From Chiloscyllium plagiosum (Eukaryota): a stretch of DNA of 64,000 bases. Location: NCBI RefSeq assembly GCF_004010195.1, contig NC_057721.1, positions 55,421,091 to 55,485,090 on the forward strand, in the 5' to 3' direction. Of the stretch, positions 62,626-64,000 are shown piece by piece. The first letter of the stretch is position 1. Each line of letters opens with the position of its first letter. The translations under genes were made by a program, and so were the position numbers. Under the pieces are notes generated by a model. That model was not told the origin of the DNA. It saw only the letters and a list, made by a program, of their open reading frames with translations, and searched no databases.

Positions 62626-63299
62626 TCTGTGAATTAATTTTTTAAAAGGTTTGACCCAAGCATGAGTGTTAGAGCAGATGGCAAAAAGTGTTGTTGGTAG
62701 GATAAGGCAAGTTCCAAACTGTAGAAGTAAGATGGCTGAAGGCTTAATCACCACATTGATAAAGTTAAACTTTGGGGCCAAGACTGGTGTGGGATATGTA
62801 ACAGAAATAATGGGTTATGGATGCATTTGAATTTGAATTTGGGGATGACCTTGGAGAAATTTTACAAACATACTTCTAAATTCTTTTGCACTAATCATAA
62901 CTCTTTTTCCACACCTAGAACTCTCTCTTTCCCTACTGTGCATATATTTAAAATTGAAGTAAATATTTATATCACCAGAATGGCCCCTGTGCATGCTCAG
63001 ACACAGCCTGTGACATCAGCTAGCCACATCAGGTTGCAGGAGATGTTTTTGTGCTCATGTTTCCATGTTTGATGTCACCAGGCTGATGTGAGAAGCCTTC
63101 TGAGGCTGGAGCAGAGGTGGAGGATTGGGCTGGTGAATCCAAGCTTGTGGTGTCTGTGGAGTAAGTGACCTTGGCTGTTGGTCAGTCACTGCACTAGTCC
63201 TACACAAATACATCCAATTGCTGCACTGCTCAGGAAGGGGTCCTTCCTGGAGCTTGGATGATATGTTTGAGGCCAAGGCTGCTGCTACACCCATTGTTT

Positions 63300-63332
63300 T
63301 TCTCTCTCTCTCTTTTTCTCTCTCTCTCTCTC
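63300..63332 (+). repeat. (TC)n microsatellite, interrupted
   Basis: Read directly. Confidence 0.9.
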
Positions 63333-64000
63333 GCTTCACCTGATGGTATTTGCAATTGACAAAAAAGGAAAATTTCTGATTTGAAAGTTTAAACTATATG
63401 CTGGCTATGAAGGTAGTTAATAGTGCTTTTAGTCATTCTTTTCAATAATAACCTTAATGTGAAATCCTATTGTAATTATTAATGAGCGGTTTAAAGACAG
63501 GAGCACTTTATAGTTTTGGATTTTTTAAATTCTTTCATGAGATATGGACGTTATTGGCTAGACCAAGGTTGCACATCCTTAATTTCCCAGAGGGCAGTTG
63601 AGTCAATACTTTGTTTGTAGGTCTGGAGTCACATTTAGATCAGACCAAATAAGGATGGCAGTTTCTTTCACCAAAGGACATTAGTGAATCAGCTTTTTTT
63701 CCAAACAATGGTTTCACAGTTACCATTAGACCCTTAAGATTTTTTTAAAAAATTGCATTTAAAGTTTACCATCTGCCTTGGTGGGTTACAAACCTGGGTC
63801 CCAAGAACATTGACTGGATCTCCTGGATTAATAGTCTAGTGATAATACCACTAAACCATTGGCTCCCCGATGGCATTCTCTTCCTTACTGAACAGTGATG
63901 CTGGGCCTTTGAACATATTCAAAGCTAATTTAAACTGAGGATCAGTGAATTTGCAGGAAATTGGAATTGGGGACACAATTGAATCATCCAATGTCAGAGA

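Overview
Vertebrate genomic DNA, most likely a cartilaginous fish (shark-type CR1 LINEs with (CTCTATGA)n tails and HE1-like SINEs). There are two assembly gaps. Host genes: a complete three-coding-exon TXNL4B (+, 1407-7701, 149 aa); an intact FAM172B/ARB2B-like gene with an intronless CDS (-, 12689-13720); and the 5' part of SENP7 (+, non-coding exon 1 ending at 19205, six coding exons from 32378 to 61291, continuing past the window). The rest is repeat-rich: CR1, Penelope-like, Rex/Babar and Tx1/L1 retrotransposons, SINEs, a decayed Gypsy LTR element and a possible ERV remnant. The most striking observation is in the Gypsy 3' LTR, where about seven 5'-truncated pieces of one Tx1-like LINE are stacked at a single ~15-bp target (ATAAACAGGAGTGTC) overlapping the LTR's TATA-like box. 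This suggests a site-specific retrotransposon that parasitises an LTR promoter. Also notable are minimal hammerhead-ribozyme motifs in Penelope termini, fold-back Penelope mini-elements with TSDs, and one such element that captured an inverted copy of nearby DNA. All identifications come from reading the sequence and from recalled family knowledge; no searches were run, and repeat boundaries are approximate.
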